Below, piece by piece: positions 1 to 10,216 of a DNA stretch of 64,000 bases. Source of the stretch: Trichinella spiralis (taxonomy: Eukaryota); NCBI RefSeq assembly GCF_000181795.1, contig NW_003526943.1, positions 5,635,806-5,699,805 on the forward strand, read 5' to 3'. Under the pieces are notes generated by a model, which saw only the letters and a program-made list of their open reading frames with translations, was not told the origin of the DNA and made no database searches. The stretch's first letter is position 1. The number at the start of each line of letters is the position of its first letter. Both the position numbers and the translations under genes were made by a program.

Positions 1-324
1 ACTGATACAGCACCTGTCAATTTATTTATGGCGACTTCTGAAAACGTAGCGTTTAATATTATTCCAGCATATGGTATTTATAGTTTTTTGTTGTTGTCTT
101 AATGTAGCTGTTCTTAATTTTCAGGACTAAATTGCTTCAGCATGCTGAAACATGAAACATTAGTACTTTCAAAGGACGCTTTGATCTATTTGCAGAAAAG
201 AATTTTAGCACAGTTGTACAGAGCAGAGTCATTGCAGAAAAAATACAAGTATATGGATAACAAAGAAATTTTAATGGCTGAAGGTGAACACGACGAAGAT
301 GAATTTATGACTCCTTTTGTGTGA
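1..324 (+). CDS. MRPL4: Mitochondrial ribosomal protein L4, 3' end (partial; exons <1-73 and 125-324)
   Basis: Removing the GT-AG intron 74-124 gives TDTAPVNLFMATSENVAFNIIPAYGLNCFSMLKHETLVLSKDAL..., matching the uL4m C-terminal motif N.IPa.GLN..SMLKH.TLVL. Confidence 0.85.
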
Positions 325-496
325 TTTGGCTTCGTAGATATGAGTATTTATTTATTTTCATATTAATAGCATTCATTTATGAATGAAACATTCTGTTTGT
401 TACGGATGGTATATATGTTAGTAAACCTTGATTGTTAATATATGTGTACTGTAGTAAGTAACATAATGGTGAAGTGAAAAGGTCAGTATTAATAGA

Positions 497-642
497 CGAG
501 CGCGTGTGAATTTTGAACTTGCATTTGTAGCAGATAAATGGATCTACTGTGTTCGTTTATTTGATCACCACGCTCGAAGAATAACTTTCATGATTATGAC
601 TATGACCTTGAGCGACGTCGCCCAAATTTAATGAAATAAACT
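497..642 (+). ncRNA. Candidate H/ACA-box snoRNA-like double hairpin
   Basis: Hairpin 1 is closed by CGAGCG (497-502) and CGCTCG (571-576). An H-box ANANNA (AGAATA) sits at 578-583. Hairpin 2 is closed by TTTCAT (586-591) and ATGAAA (631-636). There is no canonical ACA triplet at the 3' end. Confidence 0.3.
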
Positions 643-1416
643 CATCTTAAGTATGTTATTGATCGACGCAATATAGTGATTCTCTTGACGACATCATAGA
701 ATTCTCTACAAAAAATAATACAGTTACTGCAAATTTGGAAGTCTAATATTAGTAGCATCCTTTTTTGGATGACAGTGTAAAAACGAAGCTGAAGTTTTGC
801 TTAAATCATTTCTGAAAAAGTATGAAACTAAAGAATTGTAAATTTAAAATATATTATTTGCTTTTATAAAAATATATTAATAGTCAAATGCAGATATATC
901 ATACAAACCTGCTGCTTTTATACTGTAAAGTGTATTACTGTATTTCTAGGAAATGCTCTGTGTTCTTCCTGAATTTCAGTTTTGTGCCGTAATAAATATC
1001 AAGGTTGTGAGTGTTTTTGCTGTACAATTTTGTTTACTCTTTTTGATTATTAGCAGTGTAATTTCAGCAGCACTGTTATGTTCACTTTCCGTCATAAATG
1101 CTGTTTAATCAAGAAAAATTTGCTGTTGAATCAATCGGCTGATTCGTTATTTTCATGACTTTAGATTTTTAATATTTTATTGAATTGATTTTTATTGTTG
1201 TGTAATAACAAAATGGACTGATTTTCCTTTTTGCTTTGCAATGCAATGCAATGCACTGATTTGTAAATTTGTTGTTTTGCAATGATTTGGCTGTTTGTAA
1301 ATTTTCTAAAGTAGACTGCTTCGGTACGAAGTTTATTTTGAGATTTTCTTTTTTTATTTACATCGAAAATAAGTTATCATTATTACAGTTATGTTTTTTT
1401 GAATTTAGAATTGTAA

Positions 1417-1890
1417 ATGCCCAAAAATAAAGGTAAAGGAGGAAAAAATCGCCGTCGTGGAAAAAATGAAAACGACGCCGAAAAGCGTGAATTGATATTT
1501 AAGGAAGATGGCCAAGAATATGCGCAAGTAATGAAAATGTTGGGAAATAATCGTCTGCAGGCATTTTGTTTTGATGGTGTTGTCAGAATGTGTCACATTC
1601 GAGGGAAGTTGCGTAAAAAAGTGTGGATAAATGCCGGGGACATAATATTGATCGGTTTGAGAGATTTTCAAGACAAAAAGGCGGATGTCATTTTGAAGTA
1701 TAATTCGGACGAAGCGCGCAATTTGAAAACTTATGGTGAACTACCAGAAACGGCGAAAATAAATGAAGGCGGAGGCGATGACGAAGATTTTGGTATTGAA
1801 TTTGGAGATACTGGGCAGCAGGCGTTTTCTGACGCGGAGGAAGAACCTGAAGAAGATTCAACGGAGGAAAGTGAAGAAGACGAGCCCTGA
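1417..1890 (+). CDS. EIF1A: Eukaryotic translation initiation factor 1A, single coding exon, 157 aa
   Basis: [19 protein letters not shown]-terminus, OB-fold core ([22 protein letters not shown]) and acidic tail. A splice acceptor TTTAG ends at 1408, 8 nt before the ATG. Confidence 0.98.
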   Translation: MPKNKGKGGKNRRRGKNENDAEKRELIFKEDGQEYAQVMKMLGNNRLQAFCFDGVVRMCHIRGKLRKKVWINAGDIILIGLRDFQDKKADVILKYNSDEARNLKTYGELPETAKINEGGGDDEDFGIEFGDTGQQAFSDAEEEPEEDSTEESEEDEP

Positions 1891-2503
1891 ACTAGCAGCT
1901 TGGAAATTCGCTTGCTTCATTTCGATTTTACTTTTATAATTCGTGCTTTTATATGACATCTTATTTCGCAGTAATTTTTATTTCCATCTGCATTTATGTT
2001 GGAAACGTAAGTAAATTCGATGTGGAGTGACATTTAAAGCCAGTTATTAAATGCAAAATTTGATTTTAATTTGTAAGTGGCATTTTAAAGTAAACATTTC
2101 ATTACTTAAAAAGATGTAGTTAATTTTTCAATTTTTTAAATTTAGTTTTGATTCCTTAAATCTCAATGCACAATCTGTATCGGTAAATCTGTAATGTAAT
2201 AATGCAATATATGCAATGGACATTTTTTCAAATTTATTAAATTCCGTAATTGCGCAATTATAATAAAACTTACACAAGGATTTGAAAATAGAACAAACAT
2301 AAATATGATGAGAGTAATAATATGAGAAAGAGTATTTTCATTTCATAATTTCTTTCATTATAAGACAATTTTCATACTAACCTACTAAATTTAAATTCAG
2401 AAGTGATACTGTATTGAAAATGGAGATGTACTTTTAAATTTGTTCATCTCAATGGCCACTTTCGAAGATTTGAAATAAAATAAGACCATATAAAGGAATC
2501 TGT

Positions 2504-5500
2504 TCACGTAATTTCCTGATCCATCTTCAAGCGACGGCGTTTCGATGATTCTGTTTTATTTTGATTACCTAAAATTTATCATACATTCAAAAATAAAAAT
2601 TGAATTTCTTTTCACAATACAATATACAGAATAAAAAAAAACAAATTCAAATTCAAAAAGAAACAGAAAAAAAAATTGAAAATTCAAAATCACTTTTAGG
2701 ATTAAAATATATGCATACATTTAGTTCTTCTGCAAGATTGGGACCATATACCGTTTGGCACTAAAAAAAATTATCGAAGATCATTTGCTGGAAATTTCCA
2801 TGTATAACATATTTAATAATGCAAATAAGTAAAATAAGTGCCCCAAATAATCAATCCATGGAATAAGAAAAACAAATCGAATAAAAAGCATAATTCATAA
2901 TTAAGACATAAAAAACAGCTCACGAATTGAATTGAGAAATGTGACGTCTGCAGGAAGTCTTTTAGGAGGTTTGTTATTAAACGAAGGAGACAATCTCAGC
3001 TTTGTACGGTACAATCGCTGAAAAAGTTTTCAAATATAATATAATAAATGCACAAATTACTGCATCTGGGAGAAACTAGAATTAAATACATCCTAGAACC
3101 ATGCTCTACTATCAGTAAGCTGTTTTAAAATCCATCATATAAAAAGCAGTAAAAAACCACTGAAATAAAAAAATGGAGTAAATTTCAACTTGGTAAATTA
3201 ATTATTGTAGCACTTTATAATATTACAGATTTCGTTTAATAAATATTATTAATATAACATTAAAACTCACCACACTGTCAGAATAAGGAGTTGACAAATC
3301 GAACAGCTCTGGCTGTTTGTGAATAGACGTTTGAGTGCCGCTAGACTGCAAATAAATTTAATAAACAAACGTTTGAAAAAATTATCATATCAAACGTTTA
3401 AAACACACCCCTAGTGAACTTTGATCTGAGATGATGTCTGCATAAATGCTTCTACTACTCAAATCACTAGGCACGCTATGTCTTCTTTTGACCAGTAATA
3501 ATTCCTTCTGCAATAACTGATGCGAGTGTAAAGCCTATTTAAAAACATATATAAGAAAGAAAATCAGCACATTAATAAACAGGAATGTCAGCATTAACAG
3601 AACAGAATTAAAAATACCGATTTACACTACCTTGCGTACTTGCTCTTGGACTAAAATCGAATTCTTGGCAATATGAGACAGTGTGTTTAACAAGCACTGC
3701 TGAAAATACAATAAGAACAATAAAAAATGAAATCATTAATTTCAAAATCTTGCATATCAAAAGCATTGAGGTTCAATTTTAAATAACGGAATTTAATTAA
3801 AATTTTTAACCAAAAATGTAAGCTTCAAAATTGCACGCATGTTCATAAAACAACATTGCCTCTAAAGTTATCTCCTCTAAACTCACAAGTTGTCCAATGC
3901 AAAATAATGGTAACAAAATAAAAAATCCTCTTTGATAAGAAAAAAATTCAATCTGAAAGTAAATTTCTCTTAAAGTTTAAAACCAAAATCACAAAATATC
4001 TTCTTCTGCGTAAACAATCAAAATATTCCTTTACATGGAATATTTACAAACATTAACATAACGATTTTTAATCAAAAATTACTACAGTAAATTAATACAA
4101 AAATCATTTGGTTCCTTTTTTCACTTCAACTCTCCACACATTCATAATACCTGATGATCATTTCAAACACTGTAAAGCATTTTTTCCAAAAAGACATTTT
4201 CATCTTTTAGGAATATTTATAATTTGAATTTTTTATTATACAGTGCATTAATAGTAAAACTGGATGAAATATAATATTAAACATGCATAAGGCTTGGGGA
4301 TTCATTTTCTAAACAACTTTATAGAAAATATATTCGTAAACAATGACATGTATCAGCATTATTTTACTGAAACTAAAGAAAAACTGACAGTATTATAAAA
4401 CTATAGTTGAAATAAATAACAAATAACTTAATTAATAAAAATTCTGCACCCATTTTGAGATAAGTTTAAAAATAAAAAATAAAATAAATTTTGAAGTTTT
4501 AAAAACCAAACTATTAACATGCAGATATGCATATTATCACTTATAAAATAAATAAATAATAAAGTGCTTCAGAAAAAAAATAAAAAATAAACAAAATAGA
4601 AAATAAAATAATAACTGTTCAAATACTTTCAGTGGCTTACATACAATTAGATATAATATATCTATAATTAAAAATAATTATAGATAATTAGTCATTTTTA
4701 AATTTAACTGCTAATCTTTACTACTGAGCGTTTTTTGCACATTTGCCATATTTTATTTTAACCATTTATCTACCAAAACAGAGCACATGCCCTTCTTTTG
4801 TATATCTAATCTTACTTGCTTATCGTCTAAACATCCTTCATCAGTTCCATTTACAACTTCCGATTTGGTCTGTTCGCACGTTAGCCTTCTATTTTCCATG
4901 TTCTATAAATCAATTTTGTCTAACTATAAATTATAACAAATAATTATTAAAAGCAATACTTCAAAACTGAAGCAGTTTTCTTCATCATCAAAACTTAAGG
5001 CTGCGGTTGATTGACTAGAACTCGGCTGAAATGATTTTATTAATGTTAAGATAGTCCTATATTTTAATATGCAAATTTCACACAAAACGGCAAAAAACTC
5101 ATTTGGAAAATATAACATTTTACTTTGTAACCTGTTAAATTATCTTTTTTATCAATGAGCTCAAAAAATATTTGCTTAAAAGTATTTAATAAATGAAATT
5201 TAAACTTTTCTGCTTATTTAAACGTCGAAAGCAAATAAATTTAACTAAGTTTTACAGAAAAGACTATTGTAATTTCGAAAAAAAAACGAAGAATAAATAC
5301 ATCACTTATGCGAAATGAAATAAGAAAAGATGGATAAATCAGTCAAATTTGTAAACTGTCTGAATAACAGATTTGCATGAAATTCGGAAAAGATGACTCT
5401 GCGCATCAGCTGATTTTTTAATATCAAAAATAAAATTCACCTGCTGTTCGAACTGATTCAAAATAGCATCAAAATCAACGTTTCCAGATTTCGTGCGGGC

Positions 5501-6578
5501 AGTCTCCTCTTCATTTTCAGTGCAGAATTGTCTTGTGCAATCTTTTCCTTCTGTCAGCAACAGCAAAGTGTTCTCAAGATTGTTGTTGATCATTCTGATG
5601 GAGCTGGATATTCCTCCATACGTACATTTACACTAAAATGAATGGATATTTGTTTTTTGCAAAGATGAACAGAATGGTGAATTTTGAAAAAGAAGAATTA
5701 ATATTATATCCATAAAAACATGCGATTGAATTCCTATTTCATATTATCATATATTAAGTATATTTAACTTAAAAGTGATTATAATAACAAAAAACGCAAA
5801 TTATCCATAGAAATACATTCAGCAATTAATGGAAATTTTTCTAATATAAGCCTCGCTTACTTTGGCATGACAGCCTACACATCTTTTCGCAAACGCTTTA
5901 CAATTTCCCGTCATTTTACTCATTATTTTAAAATCAAACGCTAATATTATATTGAACTTCTTTTCAACCAGAAAATTACAAATTTATTTATTGTGAAATA
6001 ATGTTCTTTATAAAATTTCATGACTATAACTTGAGAACAGCTTTGTGCTTTAATTTCTTTATGTAATATTTCAATATTTACAACAACAAACAAAAGATCA
6101 CAATGCAAACATCATAAATAAATAACACATACACAATATATAATAACTCGCATATTAAAAAAATTGACATTATATTTTTACATTTTAATACATTTAAATA
6201 AATTAAATTAAATTAAATTAAAATTTCATGAAAGGCATATCGCCTTATGTTATTTCAAAATTATTTAACTTTACATTTGAAATTCTTAAAAATGTATTCA
6301 TATATGAAAATACTTCTTTTTCAACTGTTGAGTTAATAAAGATTTCATAAATCATTATGAACAGCTATCTGTAACTATTTTATTCAACGCTCATATCGCT
6401 CTGATATTAATTTAAACATCATTATTGTTAATCGTTTATTATTAATTAAACTTTATAAAAAAAATTTTAGAACCGCTAAAAATTTTTTAAATATTAATTA
6501 ATAATAAAAGATTATACTTGAAATTAAAAAGTTTTTGCGTACCTTCCCTTCATCATCCGAAGAATGTTGACTTGCCAT
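2504..6578 (-). CDS. Uncharacterised 10-exon gene, ~283 aa, Ser-rich, C-terminal basic NLS-like KRRRLK
   Basis: Exons 6543-6578, 5441-5632, 4960-5025, 4816-4902, 3631-3699, 3409-3534, 3271-3345, 2924-3017, 2719-2760 and 2504-2568 all have GT-AG boundaries with consistent phases. They give one open frame, MASQHSSDDEGK...SKRRRLKMDQEIT*. No domain recognised. Confidence 0.6.
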
Positions 6579-7439
6579 TTGTTCAGTACAACTAATTCAT
6601 TTCAACAGATAAAATATTAAAATCAGTTTTACACTAACAATCGTTGCAGATTTTATTTCACTTTTAATCGAAAGCGCATATAATATACGGTAAAAAATTA
6701 AATGTACTTCAAGTACTCATGGAGCTGTTTGAATTATTTGTCTCTTTAACATTATATACTGAGCACAATTTAAAATATTAAAATTATTTTAGTTTCATTT
6801 ATAATTAAAATTTTATTTCAACTGTACATTTAAAAGTTAAAGTATTCTAAAGAAGATAGTTTGTCCCAGCAACAAAAAAAATTTTGACAGTGTTCTGCAA
6901 TTGTCAAATGAATATTATTGATTATCAATTTATTATCAATTAAAACTTTACTAGCACTATAGAATTTTATCATCTACAATGGTAAAAAACTGCTTTATTT
7001 CAGTTTTAAAATTTTCCAAAAAAATACTAAAATTGTAAAAAAAACAATTTTAATACTTTCAATTTTATTCATATTCAAATTTAAGTATTTAATTTATAAA
7101 ATTTAACTATTTTTCTAAGTTATTTTGGCGGCTATTTAAAAAAAGATAACAAAATTCTTTCGCCAATTAGAGAGCGCTGGCAATAATTTGTACTTCGATA
7201 GTGGAACCATTTCGACAGAGCGGAGAAAGAAATGTGATGCATTTGTTTCATCAAAAATGCACGTGATAAATAATAACCTTTTAAAACTATATCAAAAATT
7301 TTAATTTTTAAATAAATAATACAAAGTACGTTTTAAAAATAAATATAAAAGCGAAATATTTATTTGATTTTTTGGCATCTTTACAGTATCATTAATAAAG
7401 TCTGTAAAAAAGTAGTTTATTCATATAGATAACAGTGGT

Positions 7440-7550
7440 CGGTTTATTCGACAGACAACAATACGCAAAAAACGATACTAAAAAGTATATATAGTATATT
7501 TCTACAGTAGGTTTTTGAGGTGTAAAGAAAATTAACAATATTAGTGGTCA
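7440..7550. repeat. Diverged direct repeat, copy 1 (probable 3' LTR of the gypsy remnant)
   Basis: tttattcgacagacaacaa...gatactaa...tatagtat...tacagta...acaatattagtggtca aligns by eye with 9271-9386. Confidence 0.65.
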
Positions 7551-9270
7551 TGCATGATTTCGACGCTGGGCAAGAACGAGACACTATGACGATAGCAAAG
7601 TTCATTTAGCGGAAGATCAAACTGGACGTTGTGCATTTGAACCACGCTCATTAGTACACTTGGTATCGCTTTTCTCCATCGACGATCTTCTTTCACGTTT
7701 ATGTTACATGTCCAAGTGGGTGCCACCCATATGGTCTCTTGCGGTTTTTCACTTCTCGCCGCCATACATGCTCTCGTCTGAAATGGGATATGGTACTTAA
7801 TGTTAGGTATTAGGTATTTCCCTGATCTGGAGGCTTTGTGAAATGCAGTCCAAAATAACTTCATCTGATGCGTGCTATGGGAATCGACGGATGCTGGCTT
7901 GATTCGATCTAAACTGATAGTTTGCATCCATCAGTCGTGATTTTCTTCAGGATCCATTTGATCACCAAAAAATGAACCCCTTTTTCATTTGGCGTAAATG
8001 TAGACTGAATTGAGTTGGTGGAGGCTTAGGTGATTTCTCGGGGGATTTTATATACTCGGTGAATGAATGCGTGTCCATTGTACGACATCATTGTTCCTGC
8101 CGGGCTTATCGTAATGTTGTTTCACCAGACGCTTCAAACTCGACCGATGATCGAGTGTGAAAGGCAATGTATCGTAACGTTCCAGCATACTATTTCACGT
8201 CTGAACGGCTTCTGTCCGGGGACGTGTCGCACCAAAGAACAACATTCATGTTTTGCAAGTTGATCTGTTTCGTTAGTAACGAGATACTTTTTTCATTGTG
8301 TTTTCCCTGCAAACAATTTCAAGTGAAACCAAGCTTCGGGTGGTAATTTCAGTTGTCGTGTTGGATAGTGCACCTGCGACGGTATTTCCTTTACCTTTGA
8401 TGTGCCGAATTTCGTTAGTGAAGGATGTGATGTAGTCCAATTGTCTGACTTCACGTGGGTTGGGTTGTGAGTACCTGTACCTCGCTGTGCAGTTTGAACA
8501 ATTGGTTTGTGGTGGGTTAAAATTGTTAAACGTCGAATTTCGAGCCAACGGATGGCCAAAGAAGTGGCAAGAAGCTCACGTTCGAATGCGCTGTATTCAA
8601 TTTCACACGGTTGGAGTCTGTGGAAAAAAAATGCAAGGCTTCTGGAAGAAAACCAGTAGGATGAGTTAGGTGATGGCCTTTCCAAATAACGCAGCTGTCT
8701 TTCTAGATCTGCAATTTATTGTTGAATGGCATGAATTCTGCTGGCGTTGCTTTCTATAATGGCGTCGACTGAGCTAACAGTGTTTAGGGCCACAGTTCAT
8801 CAGCCTTTTTGGCCATTTTCTCTATATTGTCACACGTGTTGGCTTTTAGGATCACTTGAATATGAACGGACAGGCGTTGCAAAAATCGGATTCTGGATAA
8901 GTCATCCGTTTTGGTCCATGCCGCTGCCATAATTCCGGTGCATCTCTCGGAGCATTTGACACGATTTCCAATCGCCGGCGGTCAACGAGCGAAAACGGTC
9001 ATTTTCTAATTCGACATAACAAACCGCCTTCAGCACTTCGCAGGAACCATTCTCGACAAGTTCTAGCAGATCATCAACGTCAGCAGCGACTGTGTACCCG
9101 GTAAAGACGAAAACACGGAAGAAAATTTTGTCAATTGTGCTGAAATTCGACCAAACAAAATTTCGCTTCTGCTTGGGCGAACCATAACTGCGGGCAGTTT
9201 GACCGTAAAGACGCAGGTTATACTGCAGTCTTTGTGTTCAGTTGACAACCACGTCACAAAACGTAGCCGT

Positions 9271-9386
9271 CAGTTTATCCAACGGACAACAAGATTTAAC
9301 AGCAACAGTATGATACTAAGAACAGAATGTATAGTATGCCTATACAGTAATTTTTTGATGTACAAGTAGTACAATATTTGTTGTCA
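9271..9386. repeat. Diverged direct repeat, copy 2 (probable 5' LTR of the gypsy remnant)
   Basis: tttatccaacggacaacaa...gatactaa...tatagtat...tacagta...acaatatttgttgtca. Both copies start with TG on the element (minus) strand. Confidence 0.65.
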
Positions 9387-9398
9387 GGAATGACTGCT

Positions 9399-9505
9399 AT
9401 AATAATAATAATGCTAATGATAATAATAATAGTGCTAATAATAATAATGTAGCGGATACGTCTATTCAAAATCACAAGGTATCACACTCACTATATATAT
9501 ATATA
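9399..9505. repeat. Imperfect (TAA)n tract (~9399-9448) and short (TA)n (~9492-9505)
   Basis: Directly visible. Confidence 0.85.
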
Positions 9506-9737
9506 AAAGCCAATGCAATATCTACGGTATCAATCATTACTTAGTGTTAATCAAGCTATTTACTACAATAAGAGTGATTCCGCTACAATAGATGTAATAT
9601 TTTATATTTTTTATTATTTATGTCATGAATTTTACGTTGTTTATACCCAGTTGACTATTTTACAGTCAATTGAACTTGAATACCTTTAAAAATTCGGTAG
9701 TTAATTGGTATTGCAATTATAAAGAATAGTCACTATT

Positions 9738-10189
9738 ATGATCGAGACACCTGAATATACGGAAGATTCTGTTGTACCAAATAAGAAAAGCCGTGCGTGT
9801 GATGCTATCAGATTTGATTTAAAATATTGCTTACTTCAGAGTGATTGCGTCAGGAAGGTATGGTATCCCATAAACTCTGATAAAATACACGAGTTGACAT
9901 AAAGTTTGCTAAAATTGTTCAAGTAGAATAAGTGTAAAATGAAAATATTCTTCAACAACGTAATTCATGTTCACTTTTGGTTAAATTAGGAAAATAAAAC
10001 ACCTCGCGAATGTTTGAAATCTGGCAATGTTCCCGACGATTGCAAAGAGCTGTCACGCTTATTATTTGAATGCAAACGCACAATGGTAATACAAAGGGTT
10101 TGTTTGGAAAAAGCACAATTCAGTTATTTGTTTTTGTCTGTTATTAGTTCGATCGTCGATGGCAATTTAAAGGTCGAATTGATTATTAA
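9738..10189 (+). CDS. COA5: Cytochrome c oxidase assembly factor 5 (Pet191 family), 85 aa; exons 9738-9857, 9990-10085, 10148-10189
   Basis: Spliced product MIETPEYTEDSVVPNKKSRACDAIRFDLKYCLLQSDCVRK-ENKTPRECLKSGNVPDDCKELSRLLFECKRTM-FDRRWQFKGRIDY*. It has the six-Cys twin CX9C pattern and the CLLQSDCV, TPRECLK, FECKR and DxRxxFxGRxxY motifs of COA5/Pet191. Not in the ORF track. Confidence 0.95.
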
Positions 10190-10216
10190 TTGAATTTTAC
10201 AAACCGCCTTGCAAAG

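Larger units (their letters stand above)
7435..9386 (-). mobile_element. Degenerate, internally deleted Ty3/gypsy LTR retrotransposon
   Basis: Minus-strand fragments: gag PQLWFAQAEAKF (~9150-9195); RNase H YSAFERELLA...LTHHKP and RQLDYITSFTNEIRHIKGKGNTVAGALS (~8360-8600); integrase zinc-finger region LWCDTS...HCLSH...NNDVVQWTR (~8070-8240); integrase C-terminus TISLDRIKPA (~7895-7925). Many frameshifts. RT core and integrase core not seen. Confidence 0.9.
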
